Assembly (NCBI GenBank): GCA_964499705.1
Contig: CAZCME010000003.1
Location: 62,001 to 126,000 of the forward strand
From: an uncultured bacterium
Lineage (GTDB): Bacteria > UBA8481
DNA length: 64,000 nt
Direction: 5' to 3'
Part shown: piece by piece, positions 8,483-18,816 of the stretch
How positions within the stretch are numbered: the stretch's first letter is position 1
Layout of the letters: every line of letters starts with the position of its first letter
Position numbers and translations under genes: made by a program
The notes under the pieces: model-generated
Told to the model about the DNA's origin: nothing
What the model saw: the letters and a program-made list of their open reading frames with translations, nothing else
Database searches by the model: none

Positions 8483-10098
8483 AGAAGATGTATCCGTTCA
8501 TCGAATGGAGGTTTCGCGCGTATGGCGTCACCGGCGCCCTCTTCCTCATCTTCCTCATCGGCGCCCTGACGCGCGGCATCAATTTCGGCATCGATTTCGT
8601 CGGCGGAACGTCCATCATCGTCAAGTTCGACAAGCCCATCGACACGACGATGATGGCCGACCTTCGGACGCATCTCGACCAGCGCGGCATCGGCGGCGGC
8701 AGCATCCGCACGATCGCGGGCGCGGGCGGTTCGGCGGAAGAAGCCCGCGAGATCTCGATCGATATCCGGGGATCCGACTGGATCGACAAGGCCGTGGCGC
8801 AATTCGAGCAGTCGAAGAATGAAATCGCTTCCGTCGATGATCTCGACCGCGTCTTCTCGTCCACGATCCAGTCCTTCGCGTTGCAGAAGCTGAAGGCGTA
8901 TTTCCTGCCGCCCGCCGGCGACACCGCGACACCCGCTCTCTACAATGTCAAGTCCGTGACGCACAGCGACCTGGAGAACATCTTCCAGGTCATCTTCAAC
9001 GAGGACATCGCCTCGTCTGTGCAGGAAATCCTGGAGGAGAAGATGCCGCCCGTCGAAGCGAAGAAGAGCTTCGACCTGAACAACATGCGGACCGGCGAAA
9101 ACCTGGCGCGGGAACTGGCGAACGCCCGGCGCGCCGCGCTCGAATCGCGCCTCGCGGAAATGATGACGGAGACGGGACCTCGGGCGTGGACAAGCGTCGA
9201 CGAATTCCTGACCAGGGTGGACATGATGGCCTTCGACGGGCCGGCCTTGCGGCGGAGGCTTTCCGCCGATACGCAACCCGCCCCCGGATCCGTGTCCGTC
9301 CTCTCCGCGACCCCGCGTGAATTGTCCGAGGCCTTCATGGATGTCTTCACGGAGCGCTTCCGCCGCAATGCCCAGATCGTCGTCACGTACCGCGATCAGC
9401 AGCACGGCGGCATCTTCGCCTCCACGCAGCAGGCCGCCGATTACGTTCCCGCGGATGACGGCGAGATGCGCCAGATGATCATGGACCACGGTTACGTCGG
9501 GAGATTCATCATCGCCTCGTCGGAAACGGTCGGCGCCACGATCGGGAAGGACCTGGTCGAGGACGCGTTCTGGGCGATCGTCGTCTCGATCCTCGGCATC
9601 CTCGCGTACATCTGGTTCCGGTTCGAGATCCGCTACGGCGTCGGCGCCATCGTCGCGCTCCTGCACGACACGCTGCTGACGCTCGGCCTCATCTGGACCG
9701 TGGGCTGGGAATTCAACGTCCCGATCGTTGCCGCCATCCTGACGGTCATGGGATACTCGGTGAACGACACGATTGTCGTGTATGACCGCATCCGCGAGAA
9801 ACTCGGCAACCTGAGAGGTTCGCCCGACCCCGCGATCATCGACATCGCGATCACGGAGACCCTCTCCCGGACGATCCGCACCGGCGGCACGACGATCATC
9901 TCGATCCTGGCCTTCATGGTCTTCGGCCCCGCCGTGACGCGCGATCTCTCCTTCGCGCTCGGCTTTGGCATCATCATCGGAACGTTCTCCTCCATCTTCG
10001 TCGCCGCGCCCGTCCTCGTGGAGTGGGACCGCCTGACGGCGCACTTTGCCGCGAAGAAAAAAGCCAGGTCCAAAGGTGATGTCAGACCCGTCCGGTAG
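8479..10098 (+). CDS. secF: Protein translocase subunit SecF with a large periplasmic insertion
   Basis: GIDFVGGT, VGATIG, ALLHD, GYSVNDTIVVYDRIRE, TLSRT, GTFSSIFVA; 539 aa versus roughly 300 aa for typical SecF; 4-nt overlap with secD. Confidence 0.93.
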   Translation: MKKMYPFIEWRFRAYGVTGALFLIFLIGALTRGINFGIDFVGGTSIIVKFDKPIDTTMMADLRTHLDQRGIGGGSIRTIAGAGGSAEEAREISIDIRGSDWIDKAVAQFEQSKNEIASVDDLDRVFSSTIQSFALQKLKAYFLPPAGDTATPALYNVKSVTHSDLENIFQVIFNEDIASSVQEILEEKMPPVEAKKSFDLNNMRTGENLARELANARRAALESRLAEMMTETGPRAWTSVDEFLTRVDMMAFDGPALRRRLSADTQPAPGSVSVLSATPRELSEAFMDVFTERFRRNAQIVVTYRDQQHGGIFASTQQAADYVPADDGEMRQMIMDHGYVGRFIIASSETVGATIGKDLVEDAFWAIVVSILGILAYIWFRFEIRYGVGAIVALLHDTLLTLGLIWTVGWEFNVPIVAAILTVMGYSVNDTIVVYDRIREKLGNLRGSPDPAIIDIAITETLSRTIRTGGTTIISILAFMVFGPAVTRDLSFALGFGIIIGTFSSIFVAAPVLVEWDRLTAHFAAKKKARSKGDVRPVR

Positions 10099-12232
10099 CA
10101 GCGCCGACCTCGACCTGGGGTCCATCAAGCATCTTCTTCTCTCGTACAATCCCGCCTCCGATATCTCCCTCATCGAGCGCGCCTATCATTTCGCCAATCG
10201 TGCTCACAAGGGGCAGAAGCGCGTCTCAGGCGAGCCCTACATCAAGCATCCCGTCGAAGTCGCGACGATCCTGGCGGAGCATCGCTTCGACGCGATCACG
10301 CTCGCGGGGGCGCTGCTGCACGACGTCATAGAGGATTGCGGCGTCACCGAGCAGGACATCGCGAACGAGTTCGGCGCGGAGCTGGCGGGAATCGTCGCGG
10401 GCGTCACGAAGATTTCGTCGCTGGCCTTGACGCGGCAGGAGACCCAGGCGGAGAGCATCCGCAGGATGCTCGTCGCGGTCGCGCGCGACATCCGCGTTCT
10501 CCTCATCAAGCTGGCCGACCGTCTGCACAACATGCGCACGATCGACGCGTTGAAGGAGGAGAAGATCGAGCGGCTCTCGCGGGAGACGCTGGAGATCTAC
10601 GCGCCGCTGGCGAACCGGATGGGGATGAGCACGATCCGGTCGGAACTGGAGGACCTTTCCTTCAAGCATCTCATGCCGGAGAAGTACGGTGAAGTCGAGA
10701 CGCAGATGGCGACGCTGCTCGGGGAGCGAAAAAAATCTCTGGATGAAGCGGGAGCCGTCGTCGTCGAAAAACTGGCGGAAGCCGGGATCCAGGCGAATGT
10801 GCAGAGCCGGACGAAGGCCGTGTACAGCGTCTACAAGAAGATGATGCGCCAGAAGAGGCCGATCGACGAGATCTTCGATCTTCTCGCGATGCGGATTCTC
10901 GTCACGAACGCGCGCGATTGCTACGGCGCCCTCGGGATCATCCACACCATCTGGAAGCCCATCCCGCGCCGGTTCAAGGATTACATTGCGATGCCGAAGC
11001 CGAACATGTACCAGGCGATTCATACGACCGTCATCGGACCCGGCGAAGGCGCCCTGGAAATCCAGATCAAGACGCACGCGATGCACCTGACCGCGGAAGA
11101 GGGAATCGCCGCGCACTGGAAGTACAAGTCCGACGGCACCGTCGACGACCGGCTCGGGTGGCTGAAGCACATTCTCGAGTGGCAGCGCGAGGCCGTCACG
11201 GCCGAAGAGTTCATGGACTCGCTGCGGATCGATCTGTACTCCGACCAGGTCTTCATCCTGACGCCCAAAGGTGACATCATCGAGCTGCCCGCGGGATCGA
11301 CGCCGATCGATGTCGCGTTCGCGATCCACACGGAGATCGGCTTCAAGATCGCGGGCGCGCGCGTCGACGGCCGCATGGCCCCGATCTCCACGAGGCTCAC
11401 GTCAGGCGCCGTCGTGGAAATCCTCACGGCGCCGACCGCGCGGCCGTCTCTCGACTGGCTCGATGCGGTCCGCACTCCGCGAGCAAGGCAGAAGATCCGC
11501 CATTACCTGAAGGAGCGCGGATCCGAGGAACTGCGCCGGAAGGGCGCGGACCTCCTGCAGGCCGCGATCAACCGCGCGCGGCTGGGCGTCTCCGTGGCCC
11601 AACGGAGCGAGGAGATCGTCCAGCTCGCGGAGGAAATGTCGTACCAGGAACTCGAGACGCTCCTGGAGGCGATCGGCTTCGGGAGCGAATCCGCGGAGGG
11701 AGTCACCCGCCGGCTGACGGACAAGATGCGCGCCAAGCCGGTTCCCATGGCGCCGGCGGCGGTCGCGAAGCCCGGCAAAGGTGACGGCGGTCCCGCATCC
11801 GTCGTCGTGGAAGGCATCGGCGACCTCGTGATCCGGTTCGGCAAATGCTGCAATCCGGTCCCCGGAGACGCCATCATCGGCTATCTTTCGCGCGGCCGGG
11901 GCGTATCGATCCATCGCGCCAATTGCCCGAACGCGATGGCCCTGTCGGGCGAGACGGCGCGCTTCGTGAACGCGTCGTGGGTCGGCCGGGATGGACGATT
12001 CGCCGCAAGCATCGAGGTCCAGGGCGGAGACCGGATCGGACTCCTCGCGGACCTGACCGCCGCGATCGCGAAGGAAGGCGGCAACATCACACTGGCGGAC
12101 GTCCGGACGCGCGAGGTCGGCCGCGATCTCTTCGTCGTCGAAGTGACAAGCGCTGACCATCTCGAGAAGATCCTGAATGCGCTTCGCTCCGTTCAGGGCG
12201 TCCAGAAAGTGACGCGCGCTTCGCCGAGATAG
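10079..12232 (+). CDS. rel: Bifunctional (p)ppGpp synthetase/hydrolase (long RSH)
   Basis: Intact HD hydrolase (HPVEVA, LLHDVIED, KLADRLHN), synthetase RFKD (RxKD) and EIQIKT, TGS (FAIHTEIG), CCNPVPGD, C-terminal ACT. Confidence 0.95.
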   Translation: MSDPSGSSADLDLGSIKHLLLSYNPASDISLIERAYHFANRAHKGQKRVSGEPYIKHPVEVATILAEHRFDAITLAGALLHDVIEDCGVTEQDIANEFGAELAGIVAGVTKISSLALTRQETQAESIRRMLVAVARDIRVLLIKLADRLHNMRTIDALKEEKIERLSRETLEIYAPLANRMGMSTIRSELEDLSFKHLMPEKYGEVETQMATLLGERKKSLDEAGAVVVEKLAEAGIQANVQSRTKAVYSVYKKMMRQKRPIDEIFDLLAMRILVTNARDCYGALGIIHTIWKPIPRRFKDYIAMPKPNMYQAIHTTVIGPGEGALEIQIKTHAMHLTAEEGIAAHWKYKSDGTVDDRLGWLKHILEWQREAVTAEEFMDSLRIDLYSDQVFILTPKGDIIELPAGSTPIDVAFAIHTEIGFKIAGARVDGRMAPISTRLTSGAVVEILTAPTARPSLDWLDAVRTPRARQKIRHYLKERGSEELRRKGADLLQAAINRARLGVSVAQRSEEIVQLAEEMSYQELETLLEAIGFGSESAEGVTRRLTDKMRAKPVPMAPAAVAKPGKGDGGPASVVVEGIGDLVIRFGKCCNPVPGDAIIGYLSRGRGVSIHRANCPNAMALSGETARFVNASWVGRDGRFAASIEVQGGDRIGLLADLTAAIAKEGGNITLADVRTREVGRDLFVVEVTSADHLEKILNALRSVQGVQKVTRASPR

Positions 12233-12296
12233 CGGAAACATTCATGCTGGAAAAAGTCTCGATGCTGAGGCACGTGGTGCTGTATTCTTGCTGAGG

Positions 12297-12977
12297 ATGG
12301 TTCATTTCGATCGACACGCGCCCGTCTACAATGAAACGCTCGACAGCGCCATTTCGTCTTCCGGATACACGGCCGATACCGTGTTGCTTCCTAAATTGTC
12401 GGCATGCCGTGAGATCTGGATGCGGCGTCATGCTCCACATCCCCTGCGCTTCCTCGACTATGGCTGCGGCCCCGGGCGGTTTGCAGCCCTCTTCAAGAAC
12501 GAATTCGAATCGGAGGCCCACTATTTCGGGATCGATGTATCGGAGAAATCGCTGCGCGAAGCGCGCGTGCGGAGCGGAATGACCGGCGGTTTCGGAACGC
12601 GTGAAGCCCCCCCATATCTGCCGGACCAGAAATTCGACATCATCATGGCCGCGGGCGTCTTTCATCACATTCCGCCATCCGCGCGTCCGAAGGAATTCTC
12701 CTGGCTCCGCGATCTGCTTGATCCCGACGGAAGCCTTCTCATTTGGGAGCACAATCCCTGGAATCCCGTCACGAGGAAAATCGTTCGCCTCTGCGATTTT
12801 GACTACGATGCCCAGCTCATATCCGCGCCGGCGTTGAAGAAGCTGCTTCGCACCGCGGGCTACGGGAGTATAACGGTCGATTTTCGGACCTTTTTCCCCT
12901 ATCGCCTTCGGAAACTCGATGCGCTGATGACTTGGTGCCCTTTCGGCGGCCAATATTCCATCGAGGCCCGGCCGTGA
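12297..12977 (+). CDS. Class I SAM-dependent methyltransferase
   Basis: LDYGCGPG, GIDVS, FDII, VFHHI, EHNPWNP. Confidence 0.85.
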   Translation: MVHFDRHAPVYNETLDSAISSSGYTADTVLLPKLSACREIWMRRHAPHPLRFLDYGCGPGRFAALFKNEFESEAHYFGIDVSEKSLREARVRSGMTGGFGTREAPPYLPDQKFDIIMAAGVFHHIPPSARPKEFSWLRDLLDPDGSLLIWEHNPWNPVTRKIVRLCDFDYDAQLISAPALKKLLRTAGYGSITVDFRTFFPYRLRKLDALMTWCPFGGQYSIEARP

Positions 12978-13723
12978 CAGGTCCGGCACCCGTGCTCTCC
13001 GTGGTCGTCCTGTGCTATCGTTCCGAGCGGGATCTCATACCCATCGTGGAACGGCTTCACAGGCTCTTATCCCTGATGAAGCCCACGTGGGAGATCATTC
13101 TTGTCGGGAATTATCTCCAGGGCAGGGAAGATTCCACGCCGGAAGTTGTGCGCGAACTGGAGCGAAAATTCGCGGGGATCAGAAGCATAACGCTCGAGAA
13201 GAAGGCGATGATGGGCTGGGATATGCGAACGGGCCTTCAGGAATGCCGGGGCGAATATCTCGCCGTGATCGACGGAGACGGCCAGTTTCCTCTGGAGGCG
13301 GTCATCACCTGTTTCATGAGAATCATCGAAGGCGGATACGATCTGGTTCAGACGTATCGCGTTCGAAGAGGCGATGGCATGACGCGACGAATGATTTCCA
13401 TCGCCTTCAACGCGATTTCCCGGCTGATGTTTCCGGGATTCAATCTCAACGACATCAACTCCAAGCCGAAAATCCTGACGAGGGCGTTATACGAGAAACT
13501 TCAATTGTGCGACGACGGCTGGTTTATCGATGCCGAGATCGTTCTCAAGGCCAATCTCATGAAGGCCGTCATCGCTCACGAACCGATCCATTTCTATAAG
13601 CTTCAAGGCAGGCATAGTTTCATCCGCCCGGCGGCCATCATGGAATTCGTGCGCAAGCTTCTGCTCTTCCATCGCGATCGTGACAGGATCAAAGCGAGTC
13701 TTTCGGAGGCAAACCATCAATAA
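12974..13723 (+). CDS. Glycosyltransferase family 2 (polyprenol-phosphate glycosyltransferase-like)
   Basis: LSVVVLCY, IDGDGQ DxD motif, DINSKPK, WFIDAE; GTGA overlap with the methyltransferase. Confidence 0.85.
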   Translation: MTGPAPVLSVVVLCYRSERDLIPIVERLHRLLSLMKPTWEIILVGNYLQGREDSTPEVVRELERKFAGIRSITLEKKAMMGWDMRTGLQECRGEYLAVIDGDGQFPLEAVITCFMRIIEGGYDLVQTYRVRRGDGMTRRMISIAFNAISRLMFPGFNLNDINSKPKILTRALYEKLQLCDDGWFIDAEIVLKANLMKAVIAHEPIHFYKLQGRHSFIRPAAIMEFVRKLLLFHRDRDRIKASLSEANHQ

Positions 13724-15317
13724 GAGCGGGGTGACAGGAGCAGGAAGAGCCCGCATCCTGCCCTGGTTCCTGCTCGGCGCCTGGACCCTGGTTCTTCTCT
13801 CGTGGCGCCCCCTGGCCGATCCTCCTCTGCTTTCCTGGTCCATCGGCGGATGGGGCGATCCGGGGATATACCTGATGGACGCCAGGCAGTACGCGCTCTT
13901 CGGAGAAATCCGCCTGAGCGAATCTCATTCTCCGATCATGGCTCCGCTCTTTTTTCTTGCCGAAACCGCGGTCTTCAGCCTCTTCGGTCCCGGCCGGGGA
14001 ACGGCCCTGCTGGTTCCCATCATGGGCTGGCTTATCCTGATGGCCTGCGTGTACCGGATCTGCTTCAGAAGCGGTCCGGCGCGTCCCGTCTGCCTTCTGC
14101 CGGTCCTGCTTCAGACCTCGGCGGTGCTCCTGACCGGAATCCGGGAACCTCGCGGCGATCTGCTGGCCCTGGCTTTTTTCGCCCTGGGAATGACCTTTCT
14201 TCTGGATTCGACACGGCCGGAATCAGGTCGAGGATATTCCCTGTTTGCCGGAGGTTTTTTTCTCGGGCTGGCTCCGCTGGCGAAAGCGCATGCGGTTGTG
14301 GGCAGCTCCGGTGCCGCACTCTTCTTTATCGCGGGCATTTTCCAGGACGGAAATTCGGATCGAGGAAGGATGTGCCGCGCTTTTCTATCGGGAATCGCCG
14401 GAAGCATAATCCTGGGAGGCGCATATTTCCTTGTCCTCAGCCGGATGAGCGCGGACGGATTTTCCATCAGCAGCATTCCCGATCTTCTCGCGTTCGTTCT
14501 GACTCCGGGAAAAACCGAGACCGCGGGGAGCCCGTTCAACATACTTCGTTTCGTCGAATCCAACATCATCATCCGGGAACCGGTCCTGTTCTTCATCGGG
14601 TTATGGAGCGTGGCGCGCCTCACGAAAAAGCCTTTTTCGAAAAACGCACTCCTGATCCTGGGGCCGGTGATCTTCTGGATCGCCGTGCTCTCGATGGCGC
14701 GATATGACCCGCTGCGTTACAGAATGCCGCTCCTTGTGCTCTTTATTCTCGCCGCGCGGGAGGCTTTTCAAACGGATGTTCCTGCGCGCACGCGAAGCGA
14801 GCTCACCTTCGCGATTGGATTATTTCTCCACGGATTATTCTTCTGGCTCCTCAACCGCCTCAATCAGCCCGCCTGGATGGCACTTGCGGCGTCTGCGTGC
14901 TTGGCTGTACTCGCGTGGAAAATCCTTCCGAAGAAGATTCCCATGGCGAAAACAGGAACGATTCTCCTGTCGATCGGCATCGCATTCCAAGTCATTCAAT
15001 CGACGTATTTCATCATGAGCGCGGGCGAGGAGATCCGGGACGCGGGAGCCGTCGTCGCCCGGGAGGCGCTCCCGCGCCATGCCGTCCTGACGGGTTTCTG
15101 GGCGCCCCTTCTCGCCATGGACAGTCCCTATCCCATCAGGCGTTCGATCCGCGTCGCTACCGGGCCTGTTCCGACGCATATCATCGAAGAAACGGGATTT
15201 TTCGATGCCCTGCCGGAAGATATTGTTGTTCTTGAGATATCCCGGGTCAGATTACCCAGGATCAACAAGACGATCGTGGTCGGACAGATCCAGGATCATT
15301 CCAAGCCGGCGCCATGA
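13680..15317 (+). CDS. Multi-pass membrane protein, ArnT/PMT-like (GT-C) glycosyltransferase
   Basis: About 12 hydrophobic segments; WGDPGIY first-loop acidic motif, EPRGD, LAK; follows a GT2; start uncertain. Confidence 0.55.
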   Translation: MTGSKRVFRRQTINKSGVTGAGRARILPWFLLGAWTLVLLSWRPLADPPLLSWSIGGWGDPGIYLMDARQYALFGEIRLSESHSPIMAPLFFLAETAVFSLFGPGRGTALLVPIMGWLILMACVYRICFRSGPARPVCLLPVLLQTSAVLLTGIREPRGDLLALAFFALGMTFLLDSTRPESGRGYSLFAGGFFLGLAPLAKAHAVVGSSGAALFFIAGIFQDGNSDRGRMCRAFLSGIAGSIILGGAYFLVLSRMSADGFSISSIPDLLAFVLTPGKTETAGSPFNILRFVESNIIIREPVLFFIGLWSVARLTKKPFSKNALLILGPVIFWIAVLSMARYDPLRYRMPLLVLFILAAREAFQTDVPARTRSELTFAIGLFLHGLFFWLLNRLNQPAWMALAASACLAVLAWKILPKKIPMAKTGTILLSIGIAFQVIQSTYFIMSAGEEIRDAGAVVAREALPRHAVLTGFWAPLLAMDSPYPIRRSIRVATGPVPTHIIEETGFFDALPEDIVVLEISRVRLPRINKTIVVGQIQDHSKPAP

Positions 15318-15323
15318 GCCGCC

Positions 15324-16598
15324 CTACGGTACGGTCGCGCGCAATTTCTCGCCCGTTGTGATGCCCTCCTGCAGGGCTTCTCCCATAGATGTGTAGGCCC
15401 ACCGGCCGTAACGGCCGATCGGCACGATGCCCGCGTTCGAGAGATAAGGCTCGATGATCCTCAGGGAATCCTGCCGCTTCTTCGTATGAATGGCATACGC
15501 GGAATCGATCCAGACTTCGACGCATTCCTCCACGCGCGATGCATCCTGCAGGATACCCGCGTTCACCAGCCCGTCGACGGCCGCCCGGACATAGTCCTTC
15601 GGAAGATCGGATCGTTTCCGGTAGGAAAGCTCCACGTACAGAGCGGATTTGCCGGGCGGCGCGGAGAAGGGGGCGATGTTGTGGTAGAAACCGACCCGAA
15701 AGAACGGGTACTTCTCCTCGGGGAAATACATCCAGTGAGCGTTCTTCGTGGGACCGTCGATGCCGAGATTGAGGCACAGGACGCCGACCGCTTCGAGTTC
15801 GCCGGCGGCCGCTCTCAGTTCGGCCGGAGCATCTTCGATATCCCGCAGGAGGCTCGGGAGTGGAATCGTCGAGACGAGGCGATCGTAGGGAATCCATTCG
15901 CCCCGGATGAGCGCGCGCCGATCGCCGGCATGCACGCGCGTGATCGGCGAGTCCGACTCGATCGGGAGGTCCCGGGCCAGGGCTCGCGGGAGCACGCCGA
16001 TGCCGCCCTGCTTCGGATATCGGAATTCCGCGTTGTATCCGACTCCCTCGACCGTTTCGCCGCGCGCGCCGGCGCGCACATCCTCCAGCTTCGGCCGCGG
16101 GATGTAGTGGACCCAGTCGGCCGACATGTCGGCCAGCCGGGTGCGCAGCAGCTTCTCGTTGTAGGGCCTCATGAAATGCCGGGTGATGCCTTTGCCGAAG
16201 ACGGTCAGGCACCATGTCTCGAAATTCGTCATATCGATATCCGAACCGGACACCGCTTCGAATCCCGAAAGGCATTCCTCCCTCACGGCGGCCGGCAAGC
16301 CGTGCAGATGGACCTGGAAGGGATAATCGAACTCCACGCCGTGCGTGTGCACGAGCGATCTTCTCCGGATCACGGCGAGATTTTCGCCGAGAAGATTCTG
16401 AACCAGGTCCAGCATTGGGCCTTTCAGATGAAGGAGATGTCCCGTGAAGTCGAACGTGTAATCTTTGTGCGCGATCGACCGGCAAAGGCCGCCCGCTTCT
16501 CCTTCCGCCTCGCAGATCCTGAACCGGCCTCGCGGGAGGGTGCGGGCGACGGAAAGACCGCAAAGCCCGGCGCCGGCGATCAGCAGGGGTGGATTCAT
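15324..16598 (-). CDS. FAD-dependent oxidoreductase (protoporphyrinogen oxidase / UDP-galactopyranose mutase-like)
   Basis: IAGAGLCGL dinucleotide fold, GGLCRS, FDFTGHLLH, PYNEK, YPKQGGIG, GRYGRWAYTSM. Confidence 0.8.
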   Translation of the reverse strand: MNPPLLIAGAGLCGLSVARTLPRGRFRICEAEGEAGGLCRSIAHKDYTFDFTGHLLHLKGPMLDLVQNLLGENLAVIRRRSLVHTHGVEFDYPFQVHLHGLPAAVREECLSGFEAVSGSDIDMTNFETWCLTVFGKGITRHFMRPYNEKLLRTRLADMSADWVHYIPRPKLEDVRAGARGETVEGVGYNAEFRYPKQGGIGVLPRALARDLPIESDSPITRVHAGDRRALIRGEWIPYDRLVSTIPLPSLLRDIEDAPAELRAAAGELEAVGVLCLNLGIDGPTKNAHWMYFPEEKYPFFRVGFYHNIAPFSAPPGKSALYVELSYRKRSDLPKDYVRAAVDGLVNAGILQDASRVEECVEVWIDSAYAIHTKKRQDSLRIIEPYLSNAGIVPIGRYGRWAYTSMGEALQEGITTGEKLRATVP

Positions 16599-16680
16599 GG
16601 ACGGGGGAACATCCGGAGCGTCATGAGGCGAAGCGCAGGCACGTTTACACAGGATACCGAATCACGATAGATTCCCTCAA

Positions 16681-17388
16681 GTGAAAACGACCGTCTCCAT
16701 CGTGATCCCGGTTCACAACGAAGAAGCCATCATCGAGCATGCTCTCACGCGGCTGGTCGCCGAGTTTCGACCGCTGGCGCGCGACTTCGAGATCCTGCCG
16801 GTGGAGAACGGTTCCCGTGACAGGACATGGGAGATCATGCAGACCCTGTCCGCGAAGGAACCTTCGATCCGGCCTCTCCGCTCGCCGCGCGCGGACTACG
16901 GATTCGCATTGAAACACGGGATCAGGGAGTCCCGCGGCGAGTTCATACTTTCCGACGAAATCGACGTGCTAGATCATGGCTTTCATGCCGCGGCCCTCCA
17001 GGCCCTGGCCACGGCCGATCTCATCATAGCCTCGAAGCGTCATCCGGATGCGGTCGATGACCGGGGACTCTTCCGGACGCTGGGCACCGACGTCATCACC
17101 GGTATGCTCCGCATCGCCTGCGGCCTGAAAAGTTCCGATACCCACGGCCCGAAAGGATGGCGGGCCTCGGTGGCCAGGGATCTCGTGGCACGCTCCAGGC
17201 TGGACGGGGATCTCTTCGCATCGGAGAGCGTGATCAGAGCGGAACGCATGGGGCTGAATCTGAGGGAATTGCCCTTGTCCATCTCCGAGCATCGCGCCAC
17301 ATCGATCCCGTTGATGAAAAGAGTTCCCAGGGTCATAAGGGACATCTGGAAATTGAGGAAAGCCCTGGCGGAAGATACGACGGGCTGA
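16681..17388 (+). CDS. Glycosyltransferase family 2 (dolichol/undecaprenyl-phosphate glycosyltransferase-like)
   Basis: SIVIPVHNEE, VENGSRDRT, DEID, SDTHGPK. Confidence 0.88.
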   Translation: MKTTVSIVIPVHNEEAIIEHALTRLVAEFRPLARDFEILPVENGSRDRTWEIMQTLSAKEPSIRPLRSPRADYGFALKHGIRESRGEFILSDEIDVLDHGFHAAALQALATADLIIASKRHPDAVDDRGLFRTLGTDVITGMLRIACGLKSSDTHGPKGWRASVARDLVARSRLDGDLFASESVIRAERMGLNLRELPLSISEHRATSIPLMKRVPRVIRDIWKLRKALAEDTTG

Positions 17389-17400
17389 CGAGGTTTCGCT

Positions 17401-18711
17401 TCAGAGCGATTCCGCGTTCGTCGGATAGATGATCGACGCGATCACGGCGAGGAAGAGCAGCCGCGCTCTCGACCACTCCTCCTCCTCGGTGCCTGAATTA
17501 GAATCCCCACATTTCACTGCCCAGGCTTCGGTGGCCGCGGCCCAGATGACCGTTCCGATCGTGGCGCTGTAGTGCCCGACCAGCGAAGTCCAGGGACCGG
17601 GACGGCTGACTTCGATGAGGCCCGGATAATAGCCCGCGATCGCATTGACGAAGAATTCGGGGCAGGCCAAAAGCAGGAGCGGGGAACCCAGCGGAAGAAG
17701 AAACATCACGCTGTGTCCCAGTTTCAGGACGTAGGCGAGATTATTCAGGCGGAAAATCGCGCGCGCGACGGAAACGGGATCGCCGAGAAAACCGGCCAGC
17801 ACAGCGGGCGCGCTCTGGCCCCAGTAGCCGAATTGCGCGGCGATCGTGGAAGTTTTACCCGCGGTTCCGGCGAACCAGGGCAGAATCCATTGATTCGTGA
17901 GAAGAAACAGGCCGATGCCGGCCAGGCCCAGAGGGCCGTACCATCGCGCACCACGGCGTTCCACGAAGGCCACGGCGGCGAGCATGACAACCGCGAGGAG
18001 AACGGTTTCCTTCACCATCCAGCAGGAGATAACGGCGATTCCCAGGAGCACAGGACGACGACGCCGATAGGCGATGAGGAGAAACCAGATGGCCGGCGGC
18101 GCGAAACGCACGGGTGAAAAATCCCCGTGAAGACTCAGAAGCGAAGGATACAAGCCGGCGCCGAATGCGAGGAGTGCCGCCGATGACGGGCTCCATTTCA
18201 TCCTCAGAAATCTCCAGGCCAGGGGAATGGCGAGAGACATCACGAGGGAGCCGATGGCGAAGATCGTGTCCGGATGAGGATGGAGATGGAAGAGGGGGAC
18301 AAGGAGGAGGAGGACGGGAGAGAAGTGGATCGCGAATTCCGTGCGGTGTTCAGACGGGTGAGTGAAAAATCCTCCTTGTTCCACATCGAGCAATTCCTGG
18401 TGGAAATTGTACGCCTCGGGACCGACCGCGCCGGGATTAAGCGCGGACCCGAACTTCCAGGCGGCCAGGAAGAAGAGGAAGGATCCGACCCAGACGAAGA
18501 ATTGCTCATGGCGTTCCAGGGCCGCTCGCGCGCCCGCGCGGGTCAGAATGAATGTGGCAACCGCGAGAATGCAGCAGGTCACGGCAAGAAATCCCGGAAG
18601 CTGAACAGGTATGCCTCCGCGAATCGCGAAGAGCAGATACGGCGCCAGGAGCACCGGGGGTAAGCAGAGGAGAATTCCTGGCCGCCTGAAGAACCGCTCC
18701 GCGCGTATCAT
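17401..18711 (-). CDS. DUF2079-like membrane protein (putative GT-C glycosyltransferase)
   Basis: HFSPVLLLLVPLF, DFSP, VKE and HYSA motifs characteristic of DUF2079; multi-TM. Confidence 0.65.
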   Translation of the reverse strand: MIRAERFFRRPGILLCLPPVLLAPYLLFAIRGGIPVQLPGFLAVTCCILAVATFILTRAGARAALERHEQFFVWVGSFLFFLAAWKFGSALNPGAVGPEAYNFHQELLDVEQGGFFTHPSEHRTEFAIHFSPVLLLLVPLFHLHPHPDTIFAIGSLVMSLAIPLAWRFLRMKWSPSSAALLAFGAGLYPSLLSLHGDFSPVRFAPPAIWFLLIAYRRRRPVLLGIAVISCWMVKETVLLAVVMLAAVAFVERRGARWYGPLGLAGIGLFLLTNQWILPWFAGTAGKTSTIAAQFGYWGQSAPAVLAGFLGDPVSVARAIFRLNNLAYVLKLGHSVMFLLPLGSPLLLLACPEFFVNAIAGYYPGLIEVSRPGPWTSLVGHYSATIGTVIWAAATEAWAVKCGDSNSGTEEEEWSRARLLFLAVIASIIYPTNAESL

Positions 18712-18816
18712 GTCGGCAATATGTCATAGGATTACCGGCACCGTCATTAACTTCGTGGAAACCCGGGCGCGCTTAAGTTGTTGGGAGCTTCGGGCTCGAT
18801 CCCGTACAATAGTGTC

